From Candidatus Methylomirabilota bacterium (GTDB taxonomy: Bacteria; Methylomirabilota; Methylomirabilia; Rokubacteriales; CSP1-6), in NCBI GenBank assembly GCA_046726415.1, contig JBKPAK010000009.1:1-56443 (forward strand): a DNA stretch of 56,443 nucleotides. Reading direction: 5' to 3'. Below are positions 41,596-49,957 of the stretch, one piece after another; positions within the stretch are counted from its first letter, which is position 1, and each line of letters begins with the position of its first letter. Both the position numbers and the translations under genes were made by a program. The notes beneath the pieces were generated by a model, which ran no database searches, was not told the DNA's origin, and saw only the letters and a list, made by a program, of their open reading frames with translations.

Positions 41596-42659
41596 ATGTC
41601 CGTGGCACAACTCTCTCCGTCCGCCTCGCGATTCAGTTCGCCGGTCGTTTCCTCCACGACCCGCCCTGCTCTCTCGGTGGTGAGCCCGGCCCCGCCGCCG
41701 AGGCTGCTCGATCGCGTCCGCGACGCCCTCCAGACGCGCCACTACAGCCGCCGCACCGAGAAGGCGTACGTCGGCTGGATCCAGCGCTACATCCTCTTCC
41801 ACCGTAAGCGCCATCCCTCCGAGATGGGCGCCCCCGAGGTCACCCAGTTCCTCACGGCACTTGCCGTCGAGCGCAAGGTGGCCGCCTCCACGCAGAATCA
41901 GGCGCTGGGGGCGCTGCTCTTCCTCTACCGCGAGGTGCTCGGGCAAGACTTGCCCTGGCTGGACGACCTCGTCCGCGCCCGGCGGCCGCATCGCGTGCCC
42001 GTCGTCATGACCCGCGACGAGGTGCGCGCCGTCCTTCAGCATCTCGCGGGCGTTCCCCGGCTCATGGCGTTGCTCTTCTACGGTGCGGGCCTGCGTCTGC
42101 TCGAAGGCGCACGCCTCCGCGTCCACGACGTCGACTTCGGGGCGAACCTCATCGTCGTCCGAGACGGCAAGGGAGCGAAGGATCGCGTTACGATGCTGCC
42201 GGTGCCGTGAAGGGTGAGCTGGCACGGCATCTGGAGGAAACGCGGCGCCAGCACGCGCGCGGCCTCCAGAGCGGAGCCGGCTGGGTCGAGTTGCCCGACG
42301 CCCTCGGGCGGAAGTACCCGAACGCGGGCCGTGAGTGGGGTTGGCAGTGGGTCTTCCCCGCTACACGGCTCTACTTCCACCGGGAAACCCGCCAACGGCG
42401 CCGTCATCACCTCCACGAGTCAGTGCCGCAGCGCGCGGTGAAGGAGGCCGTACGTCGTGCTGGGATCACCAAGCATGCCAAGTGTCACACCTTCCGTCAC
42501 TCGTTCGCGACCCACCTGCTCGAAGACGGTTACGACATCCGCACCGTCCAGGAGCTCCTGGGCCACCGCGACGTCGCCACCACGATGATCTACACCCACG
42601 TCCTCAACCGGGGCCCGGCCGCCGTCCGCAGCCCTGCCGACCGGATACTTGGGGCGTAG
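41596..42659 (+). pseudogene. intI: Integron integrase IntI, with a 1-nt frameshift near 42202 (possibly a sequencing error)
   Basis: '[10 protein letters not shown]', '[16 protein letters not shown]', 'YGAGLR', 'GKGAKDR', integron-specific '[21 protein letters not shown]', '[26 protein letters not shown]...TTMIYTH'. Confidence 0.93.
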
Positions 42660-42811
42660 AAGGGAACCGATGGACCATCGACTCGTCGGGCCGGGGCCGC
42701 GTGCTACCCCACGCGCTGGCGCAGTGTAGCAACGCGCGTGGCGAGGCGGAATCAGCCTGCAACCTTGCGTGAGACCAGGGCGACCTGGCGGCACCATAGC
42801 CCCGAGCGGGT

Positions 42812-42877
42812 GTGCTACCCTGCGTCGCCCGCAGCCTCGCCGGTACTACTCAGTTGCGGCAAATAAACGTTTGCCGC
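42812..42877 (+). other. Putative attI site (crossover G/TT at 42869-42871)
   Basis: GCGGCAAA-TAAACG-TTTGCCGC inverted repeat; upstream imperfect direct repeats GTGCTACCC (42812, also 42701) and GTACTACTC (42843). Confidence 0.7.
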
Positions 42878-43247
42878 GCCAGCGGTGGAAGCGAGCACCG
42901 CGAGGCCGAACTTTCCTCGTCGTCCCGGAGAGGTCATGGCAAACCGGCGTGGCCGAGAGACAGCCAGGGCAGATGCCACCGGGCGCGGCGCCCCGGGGCG
43001 GCTGCGCCTCAGGGTCCGCTGGGGTCACAAGAGCCCGTGGTTCACGGTCGGATCACTCACGTCCGACAGGCGGTGCTGCACCAGGCAGACGGAGCGCGGC
43101 GGGCTACGACGCAAGCGTGAAGAGATCAGGGCATGGCGTGCCGGTTCCGTGCCGGGGGCTGGCGCTGGGCAGGGGCTGTGAGGCGTCGAACATCGCGCTC
43201 CACCGGATCGGGGCTCGCGATGCTCGCCCCGCCCGGTGAGCGCGACG
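42870..43247 (+). mobile_element. ORF-less gene cassette, copy A
   Basis: Lies between attI and attC1; colinear conserved blocks shared with 45160-45548; no shared reading frame. Confidence 0.75.
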
Positions 43248-43253
43248 TTACAC
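43185..43253 (+). other. attC site 1
   Basis: GTCGAAC...CGCGCTCCACCGG...CCGGTGAGCGCG..GTTACAC; imperfect palindrome with an extrahelical base. Confidence 0.9.
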
Positions 43254-43279
43254 GGCAGCGCTGATGACACGGGAGGCGC

Positions 43280-43474
43280 GTGAAGGTCGGAGAGCTGATC
43301 CGGCTTCTTGAGGACGATGGCTGGCAGCTGGCGCGAACCCGTGGCAGCCACCGGCAGTACAAGCATGCCAGCAAGCCAGGTACGGTCACGGTGGCTGGCA
43401 AGCCGAGCCTGGATATCCCTCCCGGAACGTTGAATGCCATACTGAAGCAAGCTGGCCTCAAGAGGGAGAAGTAA
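43280..43474 (+). CDS. hicA: HicA toxin (mRNA interferase)
   Basis: 'LIRLLEDDGW...RGSHRQYKH..KPG.VTV...DIPPGTLNAILKQAGL'. Confidence 0.95.
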   Translation: MKVGELIRLLEDDGWQLARTRGSHRQYKHASKPGTVTVAGKPSLDIPPGTLNAILKQAGLKREK

Positions 43475-43476
43475 CG

Positions 43477-43701
43477 ATGGCAATGATGCGCTACATGGTG
43501 GTCGTCGAGCACGGTGAGACGAGCTGGGGAGCACATGCCCCTGATCTTCCGGGATGTGTGGCGGTGGGCGAGACTCGCGAGGAGGTCTTGCGGCTAATCC
43601 GCGAAGCCATCGGATTTCACATCGACGGTCTCAAGCAGGATGGCTTGCCCGTCCCAGCGCCAAGCTCGGAAGGCGAGTTCGTCGAAGTGGGGGCCGCGTA
43701 A
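43477..43701 (+). CDS. hicB: HicB antitoxin (short form, no C-terminal DNA-binding domain)
   Basis: 'YMVVVE...WGAHAPDLPGCVAVGETREE...IREAI.FHI.GL..DG.PVPAP'. Confidence 0.94.
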   Translation: MAMMRYMVVVEHGETSWGAHAPDLPGCVAVGETREEVLRLIREAIGFHIDGLKQDGLPVPAPSSEGEFVEVGAA

Positions 43702-43752
43702 CTTCGGCATGTGGCCGACGGCCTTCGGCCGCGGCTGATACCGGCGTTAGCC
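43696..43752 (+). other. attC site 2
   Basis: GCGTAAC (contains the hicB stop; complements the upstream GTTACAC with 1 mismatch)...GTTAGCC. Confidence 0.82.
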
Positions 43753-43772
43753 ATCGAGGTTGACGACAGCGA

Positions 43773-44660
43773 ATGGCCAAGGCAAAGCAGCAGAGTCCCG
43801 CTGAAGGCGCCCAGTTCGTCCGATACTTCGGACCGCTGCTTGACGCACTGCGTTCCCTCGGAGGGTCCGGAAGCCCGGAGGAAGTCGTCGAACGTATTGC
43901 GACGGACCTCAAGCTATCCGACGACATCCAGAATGAGCTTCTGTCGTCGGGCGAACCGCGGTATCGAAACCAAGTCCACTGGGCAAGATTCTATCTTGTC
44001 CGAGAGGGCCTTCTCGACTCGTCACGACGAGGTGTTTGGAGCCTTACCGAGCGTGGCCGCTCGACCGGCCTCACGTATGCACAAGCCCACCAGATCTTCC
44101 TCAAGTGGGTCCGCATCTTTCAGGAGCAGCGCCGTGCGAAGGCGGCGAAGACCGAGCCAGCCGAAGAGGTCGTTGCCGAGGCGGCCGCCACGACGCCGGA
44201 CGACCACAGAAGCGCCGTCATGGGCGTTCTTCTGAAGCTGCCAGCCGCTGGCTTCGAACGGCTGTGCCAGCGCGTTCTGCGCGAAGCTGGATTCACGCAG
44301 GTGATCGTGACGGGGCGCAGCGGCGACGGTGGAATCGATGGCCACGGCACGCTGTCCGTGAATCCGCTGGTCTCCTTCAAGGTTCTGTTCCAGTGCAAGC
44401 GCTTCAGCAAGTCTGTGTCGCCATCCCACGTCCGTGACTTCCGCGGAGGGATGGCTGGCCGCGCGGACAAGGGCATCATTCTCACAACAGGCGCGTTTAC
44501 CGCTGAAGCAAGGCGCGAAGCGTCGCGTGATGGGGTACCGCCGATCGAGCTGATAGACGGCGAGAAACTCGTCGACATGCTTGAACAACTCGAGCTCGGC
44601 CTCCGGCCCGTCAAGACGTACGAGATCGATCACCCCTTCTTCAAAGAGTTCGATGGCTAA
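43773..44660 (+). CDS. mrr: Mrr-family (type IV) restriction endonuclease
   Basis: N-terminal 'RYRNQVHWARFYL...RRGVWSLTERG'; catalytic 'FERLC...GDGGIDG...FQCKR...KGIILTT.AFT.EA...IELIDG'. Confidence 0.93.
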   Translation: MAKAKQQSPAEGAQFVRYFGPLLDALRSLGGSGSPEEVVERIATDLKLSDDIQNELLSSGEPRYRNQVHWARFYLVREGLLDSSRRGVWSLTERGRSTGLTYAQAHQIFLKWVRIFQEQRRAKAAKTEPAEEVVAEAAATTPDDHRSAVMGVLLKLPAAGFERLCQRVLREAGFTQVIVTGRSGDGGIDGHGTLSVNPLVSFKVLFQCKRFSKSVSPSHVRDFRGGMAGRADKGIILTTGAFTAEARREASRDGVPPIELIDGEKLVDMLEQLELGLRPVKTYEIDHPFFKEFDG

Positions 44661-44736
44661 CAAGCCGTTGCACCTGACGCCGGGCCTCGCTCCCTGCGGT
44701 CGCTCGGTCCGCCGCAGGTGAACGGCAGCGTTAGAC
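44655..44736 (+). other. attC site 3
   Basis: GGCTAAC (perfect complement of the upstream GTTAGCC)...GCCGTTGCACCTG...CAGGTGAACGGC...GTTAGAC. Confidence 0.93.
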
Positions 44737-44750
44737 CGGCGCAGAGGACA

Positions 44751-45156
44751 ATGGCATACGAACTCGCAGAATTCTGCATCTACACCATCGTGGATCGTAG
44801 GGAGCTCGACGCGGTTGCCGCCTCCGGCCGGGCTCGGGAGTTCTCCGAAACCAGGGCCTGGGTGACCGGCCGGCGCTTATGGCAAACCGCGAGGGGCAGC
44901 CGGGCTTTCGATGCTTGTGCTATTTGCCGACACGGCGAGGGGCGGTGCGCTTCTCTACTGGGGCATTCTTACGCAGGTGGCCCTTGATCCAAGGCGAAGG
45001 CGATACACCGTTGATAGGCTTCGACGGGTAGGTGGCGGACGGTTTCCGCAAGACCTTGTTCTGAAAAGATCGGGGAACCCGATCGCGCCCAACTTCAGTC
45101 GACCCTACGCGATTTGTCGAACGCCGGATTTCCTTGATACACGAGCCGTCCAATAA
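44751..45156 (+). CDS. Cassette-encoded hypothetical protein (~134 aa), split by a +1 frameshift in GGGG at 44893-44896
   Basis: GAGGA RBS; removing one G joins MAYELAEFCIYTIV...WQTAR to AAGLSMLVLFAD...RPYAICRTPDFL. Confidence 0.7.
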
Positions 45157-45165
45157 ACGTTCGCC
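45148..45165 (+). other. Hybrid attC/attI site
   Basis: GTCCAA (inverse-core-like, matching GTTAGAC) joined to TAAACGTT; AATAAACGTT is identical to 42862-42871. Confidence 0.7.
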
Positions 45166-45548
45166 GGACGGCGATGGAAGCGAAACGATCCGGGGCTGCA
45201 GTGGTGGGTGGAACGAGAGAAATTACGGCAAGCCACGCCGTCGAGGAGAGAGAGCCTGCGACACATGCCACAAGACGCGACAGCGGGTCGGCGTGGCCTC
45301 AGCGCCATCGGCTGTGGTCACGACGACCCCACCGCGGTGGCCGGGCCCTCACGTCAGACACGCGAGGTCGTGGCCAGGCAGACCGGCCGCCCCGGCGGGC
45401 CACGACCCACAGAGAGAGAAGAACGGCAACACTGGGGGCGGGTGCGTGCCGGGGGCGGGCGCTGGGCGAGGGGCGCAAGGCGTCGAACCACGCGGTCCAG
45501 CGGTCCTCGGGCTCGCGTTGCTCGCCCTGCGGCCGCTGACTGCGACCG
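45160..45548 (+). mobile_element. ORF-less gene cassette, copy B
   Basis: Homologous to 42870-43247; start GTTCGCC complements its own GTCGAAC with 1 mismatch. Confidence 0.75.
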
Positions 45549-45554
45549 TTAGCT
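45482..45554 (+). other. attC site 4
   Basis: GTCGAAC...CGCGGTCCAGCGG...CCGCTGACTGCG...GTTAGCT; related to attC1. Confidence 0.88.
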
Positions 45555-45877
45555 GCAGCAATCCCCAGCGCGATTCTCGGCTCGCACTCGTTCCTTACGA
45601 CCCGGCGTGGCCAATTATGTTCGAGGTGGAAGCCAACCAGATTCGGGGAGTGTTCCGAGATCTCGCGTTACGAGTGGAGCATGTCGGGTCTACCGCAGTT
45701 CCTGGGCTGTCGGCGAAGCCCGTGATCGACATTCAAGCCTCTGTCGCATGCCTAACCCCATTCGAGCCCTACCTACGTCTTCTCGGGTCCGTCGGGTATC
45801 CTCACGTTCCGCTCGGTGAATTCGATCGCGTTTATCCCCTGCTTCAAATTTGGGATAGCGGCGGGAATGCCCGATAA
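45549..45877 (+). pseudogene. Truncated GrpB-family nucleotidyltransferase cassette
   Basis: 'VPYDPAWP..FE.EA', 'VEHVGSTAVPGLSAKPVIDI'; no clear start codon, C-half and attC missing. Confidence 0.85.
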
Positions 45878-45932
45878 GAGCGCGTTCGGCGTGCATGTGA
45901 GGCTGTGAGGGGCCGTCGAGCCCCGCCGGCGA

Positions 45933-46877
45933 TCAGAGCTGGCGGAGCTTGGGGTCGAGGAGGTCGCGGATCCAGTCGCCGAACAGGTTGAAGCAGAGGA
46001 CGACCACCATCATCGCGGCGCCGGGACAGACCGAGATCCACCATGCCCGCTCGATCAGCGACACCCCTTCCGCTACCATGCCGCCCCACGTTGGCGTCGG
46101 GGGTGGGATGCCGGCGCCCAGGAAGCTCAGCGACGCCTCCACGATGATGGCCCAGCCGACCTGGAGCGTGCACAGCACGACGATCGTGTTGATCAGGTTG
46201 GGCAGGAGGTGCCGCCGCACGATGTAGGGGCCGCGCGCCCCCGCGATCCGCGCCAGCCCGATGAACTCGCGCGTCTTCCAGTAGAGAACCTCGCCTCGCA
46301 CCAGCCTGGCGAACCGCGCCCACAGGATGAGCCCCAGCACCGTCACCACGACGACGAAGCTCGGGCCCACGGTGACGGCCAGCACCAGCGCGATCAGGAT
46401 GCTGGGGAAGGCGAGGAAGGCGTCGGCCGCGCGCATGATCAGTGCGTCGACCCAGCCACCGCGGAAGCCGGCGAGGAATCCGAGGAGCGTGCCGATGAGG
46501 CCGCCGACCCCGATCGCACCGGCCGCGACCGCGAGCGAGATCCGCGTGCCCAGGATGACGCGACTGAGAATGTCGCGCCCCTTCCGATCGGTCCCGAGCG
46601 GATACGTCCAGGTGCCGCCCTTGACGAACGCGGGCGGCTTCTCGCCGTCGATGGGATTGACCGCGGCCGGGTCGTGCGGCACCAGGAGGTCGGCGCAGGC
46701 CGCCACCACGATGGCGAGGATCACGACGGCGGTGGGCAGCTTGGGCGCGCGGCGGAGGACATCGACGAGGCCCGCGAGGCGCCGGCGCGCGGGGGACGCT
46801 GGCCGGCCGACCCCGAGCGCGGTGGCGCGCGCGGCGCCCAGCGGTTCAGCGGCGGACGCGCGGGTCCACCAGCCCAT
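45933..46877 (-). CDS. Opp/Dpp-type ABC permease (OppC-like); start uncertain
   Basis: 'YPLGTDRKGRDILSR', 'EASLSFLGAG', 'FGDWIRDLLDP'. Confidence 0.9.
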   Translation of the reverse strand: MGWWTRASAAEPLGAARATALGVGRPASPARRRLAGLVDVLRRAPKLPTAVVILAIVVAACADLLVPHDPAAVNPIDGEKPPAFVKGGTWTYPLGTDRKGRDILSRVILGTRISLAVAAGAIGVGGLIGTLLGFLAGFRGGWVDALIMRAADAFLAFPSILIALVLAVTVGPSFVVVVTVLGLILWARFARLVRGEVLYWKTREFIGLARIAGARGPYIVRRHLLPNLINTIVVLCTLQVGWAIIVEASLSFLGAGIPPPTPTWGGMVAEGVSLIERAWWISVCPGAAMMVVVLCFNLFGDWIRDLLDPKLRQL

Positions 46878-47760
46878 AGCTGACGTCGACCAGGAAGTTG
46901 ATGGCGATGACGAGCGCGGTCCACGTGAGCACGGTGAGCTGCAGGACCGGGAAGTCGCGCCAGAGGGTGGACTCGTAGGCGAGGCGCCCCAGGCCGGGCC
47001 AGCTGAAGACCACCTCCACCACAATAGCGGCCGCGATGATGACGCCGTACATGAACCCGGCGAACGTGATGACGGGCACCAGGGCATTGCGCAGGGCGTG
47101 CTTCCACACGACGCGCGCTTCGCTCAGGCCCTTGGTGCGCGCCAGCTTCACGAACTCGCTGTCGAGCACCTCCAGCATGCTCGAGCGGAGCAATCGCACC
47201 ACGCCGGCGCTGATGCCCCACCCCAGCACGACGGCCGGCAGCACGTAGTGACGCCAGCTTTCCATGCCCGAGGTGGGCAGCCAGCGCAGCCAGACCGCGA
47301 ACACGAGCATCAGGATGATGCCGAGCCAGAACGCGGGCAGGGACTGCCCCAGCACCGCGAAGGCCATGCCGAGACGGTCCCACGGACCGGCGCGGTTCAC
47401 CGCCGCCAGGACGCCGAGCGGAATGCTGAGCAGCAAGGTGATGCCGATAGCCGCCGTGGCGAGCTTGAGCGAGTTGCCCAAGCGCTCCATCACGAGCTCG
47501 GTGGCCGGGCGCCCCGTGCGCAGCGACGTGCCCCAGTCGCCCTGCAGCGCGTTCCAGAGGAAGCCGCCGTACTGATAGCTGAGCGGGCGATCGAGGCCGA
47601 GGCGCCGGATCGCCGCCTGGCGCTCGGCGGGCGTCGAGTCCGGCGGCAGGATGAGGTCGACGGGGCTGCCCGAGGTCCGGACGAGGGCGAAGACGATCAC
47701 GCTCGATGCCAGCAAGGTGAGCAACGCCTGGCCGACGCGGGCGGCGACGAACGCCAGCAT
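46846..47760 (-). CDS. Opp/Dpp-type ABC permease (OppB-like), probably leaderless
   Basis: 'GLDRPL', 'ARTKGL', 'FSWPGLG', 'VDPRVR'; TGCTAGAAT ends 6 nt before the ATG. Confidence 0.93.
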   Translation of the reverse strand: MLAFVAARVGQALLTLLASSVIVFALVRTSGSPVDLILPPDSTPAERQAAIRRLGLDRPLSYQYGGFLWNALQGDWGTSLRTGRPATELVMERLGNSLKLATAAIGITLLLSIPLGVLAAVNRAGPWDRLGMAFAVLGQSLPAFWLGIILMLVFAVWLRWLPTSGMESWRHYVLPAVVLGWGISAGVVRLLRSSMLEVLDSEFVKLARTKGLSEARVVWKHALRNALVPVITFAGFMYGVIIAAAIVVEVVFSWPGLGRLAYESTLWRDFPVLQLTVLTWTALVIAINFLVDVSYGLVDPRVRR

Positions 47761-47840
47761 GGCGGGATTCTAGCAGCGGCCCGCGCTCGCTTGACGCCCC
47801 TCGCCGGGCGGTGCTACGGTGCCCGCCCTCGGAGGTGAGG

Positions 47841-49352
47841 ATGGGTTCGACCATGGTCCGCGGGAGGTACCTGATCGCCGGCGCCAGCGGTTCCGGCGAG
47901 GTCGAGGTGCTCGAGGACGGCGCGTTCTTCCAGCGCGACGGCACCATCGTAGAGGTGGGGACGTACGCCAACCTCGCTGGTCGCTACCGAGCCGACGAGA
48001 CGCTTGGCTCGACCCGTCACGTCGTGGTGCCGGGCTTGGTGAACGCCCACCACCACGTGGGCCTCACCCCGCTCCAGCTCGGATCCCCCGACTATCCGCT
48101 CGAGCTCTGGCTCGCCTCACGGATGGCGGCGCGCGACGTCGACCCCTATCTCGACACGCTGTACTCGGCCTTCGAGATGATTGAATCCGGTGTGACCACC
48201 GTGCAGCACCTGCACGGCATGCGGCGAGGGCCAGTCGCCGCCTGGCCGGACCGAGCCCGCCGAGTGCTCGAGGCCTACCGCGATATCGGCATGCGCTCGA
48301 GCTACGCCTTCGGCATCCGCGACCAGAACTTGCTGGTCTACGGGGCGGACGACGAGTTCGTCCGCAACCTGCCGACCGCGCTTCAGCCGGAAATGATGGA
48401 GTGGTTCTCGGGGCTGCGCATCACCGTCGATGATTGGGCGCGTGACCTGTTCGTCGGTCTCTACGAGGACTGGGGGCGGAACGAGAATGACCTGGTCCGC
48501 ATCTGGCTCGCCCCGACGAACCTGCACTGGTGCTCGGACGAGCTGCTCGTCCGCGTGAAGGAGCAGGCCCGCAAGTTCGGAGCGGGGATCCACATTCACC
48601 TGCTCGAGACCGCCTACCAGAAGCTGTATGCCCAGCGCCGGTGGGGCCGAAGCGCGGTGCAGCATCTGAACGACCTCGGGTTTCTCGGCCCCGAGGTGAC
48701 GCTCGGGCACGGAGTCTGGCTCACCGAGGACGACATCGAGCGGTTGGTCGAGACCGGCACCGCCGTCTGTCACAACGCCAGCTCAAACCTGCGCCTGCAG
48801 AGCGGCATCGCGCCCGTGAATCGCCTGCTGGCGCGCGGCGTGCGGGTGGCGCTCGGGATCGACGAGGCGGGCGTGAACGACGACCGGGATATGCTGCAGG
48901 AGATCCGACTGGTGCTGAAGCTCCACCGCGTCCCCGGCCACGACCAGCGCGTGCCCACGGCCTCGGAGGTGTTCTGGATGGCCACCGAGGGTGGCGCCCA
49001 CACCACGGGCTTCGCGGCGCGGATCGGTCGTATTGCTGCCGGCCGGAGTGCCGACGCGGTGCTGATCGATCTCCGAAACGTCACCGAACCCTACCTGGAC
49101 CCGCTGACGCCGATCCTCGAAGGCGTGGTCCATCGGTCGCGGAGCCGGGACGTCGAGACCGTCATGATCGCCGGCGAGGTGGTCATGCGCGACCGGACCT
49201 TCACCCGTGTCGACAAGGACGCGGTCCTTCGTGAGCTGGCCGCCTCCCTCCGCTCGCCGCTCAGGCCCGACGAGGTCAGGCGCCGGGAGCTCGCCCGCGA
49301 GCTCCTTCCACACGTGCGCCGGTTCTACGCCGAGTGGCGACCTGTCTTCTGA
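47841..49352 (+). CDS. Metal-dependent amidohydrolase (AtzA/guanine deaminase-like)
   Basis: 'PGLVNAHHH', 'HIHLLE', 'GHGVW', 'CHNASSNLRL.SGIAP', 'LGIDE'. Confidence 0.93.
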   Translation: MGSTMVRGRYLIAGASGSGEVEVLEDGAFFQRDGTIVEVGTYANLAGRYRADETLGSTRHVVVPGLVNAHHHVGLTPLQLGSPDYPLELWLASRMAARDVDPYLDTLYSAFEMIESGVTTVQHLHGMRRGPVAAWPDRARRVLEAYRDIGMRSSYAFGIRDQNLLVYGADDEFVRNLPTALQPEMMEWFSGLRITVDDWARDLFVGLYEDWGRNENDLVRIWLAPTNLHWCSDELLVRVKEQARKFGAGIHIHLLETAYQKLYAQRRWGRSAVQHLNDLGFLGPEVTLGHGVWLTEDDIERLVETGTAVCHNASSNLRLQSGIAPVNRLLARGVRVALGIDEAGVNDDRDMLQEIRLVLKLHRVPGHDQRVPTASEVFWMATEGGAHTTGFAARIGRIAAGRSADAVLIDLRNVTEPYLDPLTPILEGVVHRSRSRDVETVMIAGEVVMRDRTFTRVDKDAVLRELAASLRSPLRPDEVRRRELARELLPHVRRFYAEWRPVF

Positions 49353-49813
49353 CGGGCCGCCCACTCGCGCCGCAACGCGAGGCATTCCTCGGTCAGGATC
49401 CCCGTCACCACCCGCAGCCGGTCACTCCGGCCGGCCAGCTCGATGAGTCGCTCCACGGAGTATCTACCGAACCTCTGGGTCGCGAACTCGTCGGGCTTGA
49501 AGCGCATGCCGAGCACCAGGGTCGAGATACCGCTCACGATGGCCGCGCCGCAGCACATGGGGCAGCATTCGACCGTCGTGTAGAGCGTGCACCCGGTGAG
49601 ATCCGCCCGGCCCAGGGTCCGCGCGGCGTCGCTCATGGCGACGGTCTCCGCGTCGTCCGTCGGATTGCGCGTCAGGCCGATGAGGTTCCGGCCCCGTCCG
49701 ACGATCGTGTCGTCGCGCACGACCACCGAGCCCACGGCGATGTTGCCGTCGGCCAGTCCCTTCGCCGCCTCGTGCAAGGCCGCCCGCATAAAGTGCTCGT
49801 GATCGTGCGGCAC
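49325..49813 (-). CDS. Nucleoside deaminase paralogue with HAE changed to DAE
   Basis: AGGAGG RBS and GTG start; strongly similar to 38476-38955; 'PTDDAETVA...LYTTVECCPMCC'. Confidence 0.9.
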   Translation of the reverse strand: MPHDHEHFMRAALHEAAKGLADGNIAVGSVVVRDDTIVGRGRNLIGLTRNPTDDAETVAMSDAARTLGRADLTGCTLYTTVECCPMCCGAAIVSGISTLVLGMRFKPDEFATQRFGRYSVERLIELAGRSDRLRVVTGILTEECLALRREWAARQKTGRHSA

Positions 49814-49957
49814 GGTGTCCTCCTGGGCGACGGTCCCGCGCCGCCCGATGATTCCCGAAGCGTACCAGACGACGGCCTGTGTGGGCACGGCCGACCTTGA
49901 CACGCGAGCGAAGGGCGTGATACGCGACGGCGTACCAGACCGAGGAGAGGTGACCTC

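Larger units (their letters stand above)
41596..45877 (+). mobile_element. Integron with a six-cassette array downstream of, and co-directional with, intI
   Basis: intI, attI-like site, four attC sites and one hybrid site delimiting the cassettes. Confidence 0.9.

Noticed and set aside
45134-45548. N-terminal part of the 247-aa ORF
   Set aside because: Low-complexity read-through across the non-coding cassette and attC4; only the GrpB part after about 45580 is protein-like
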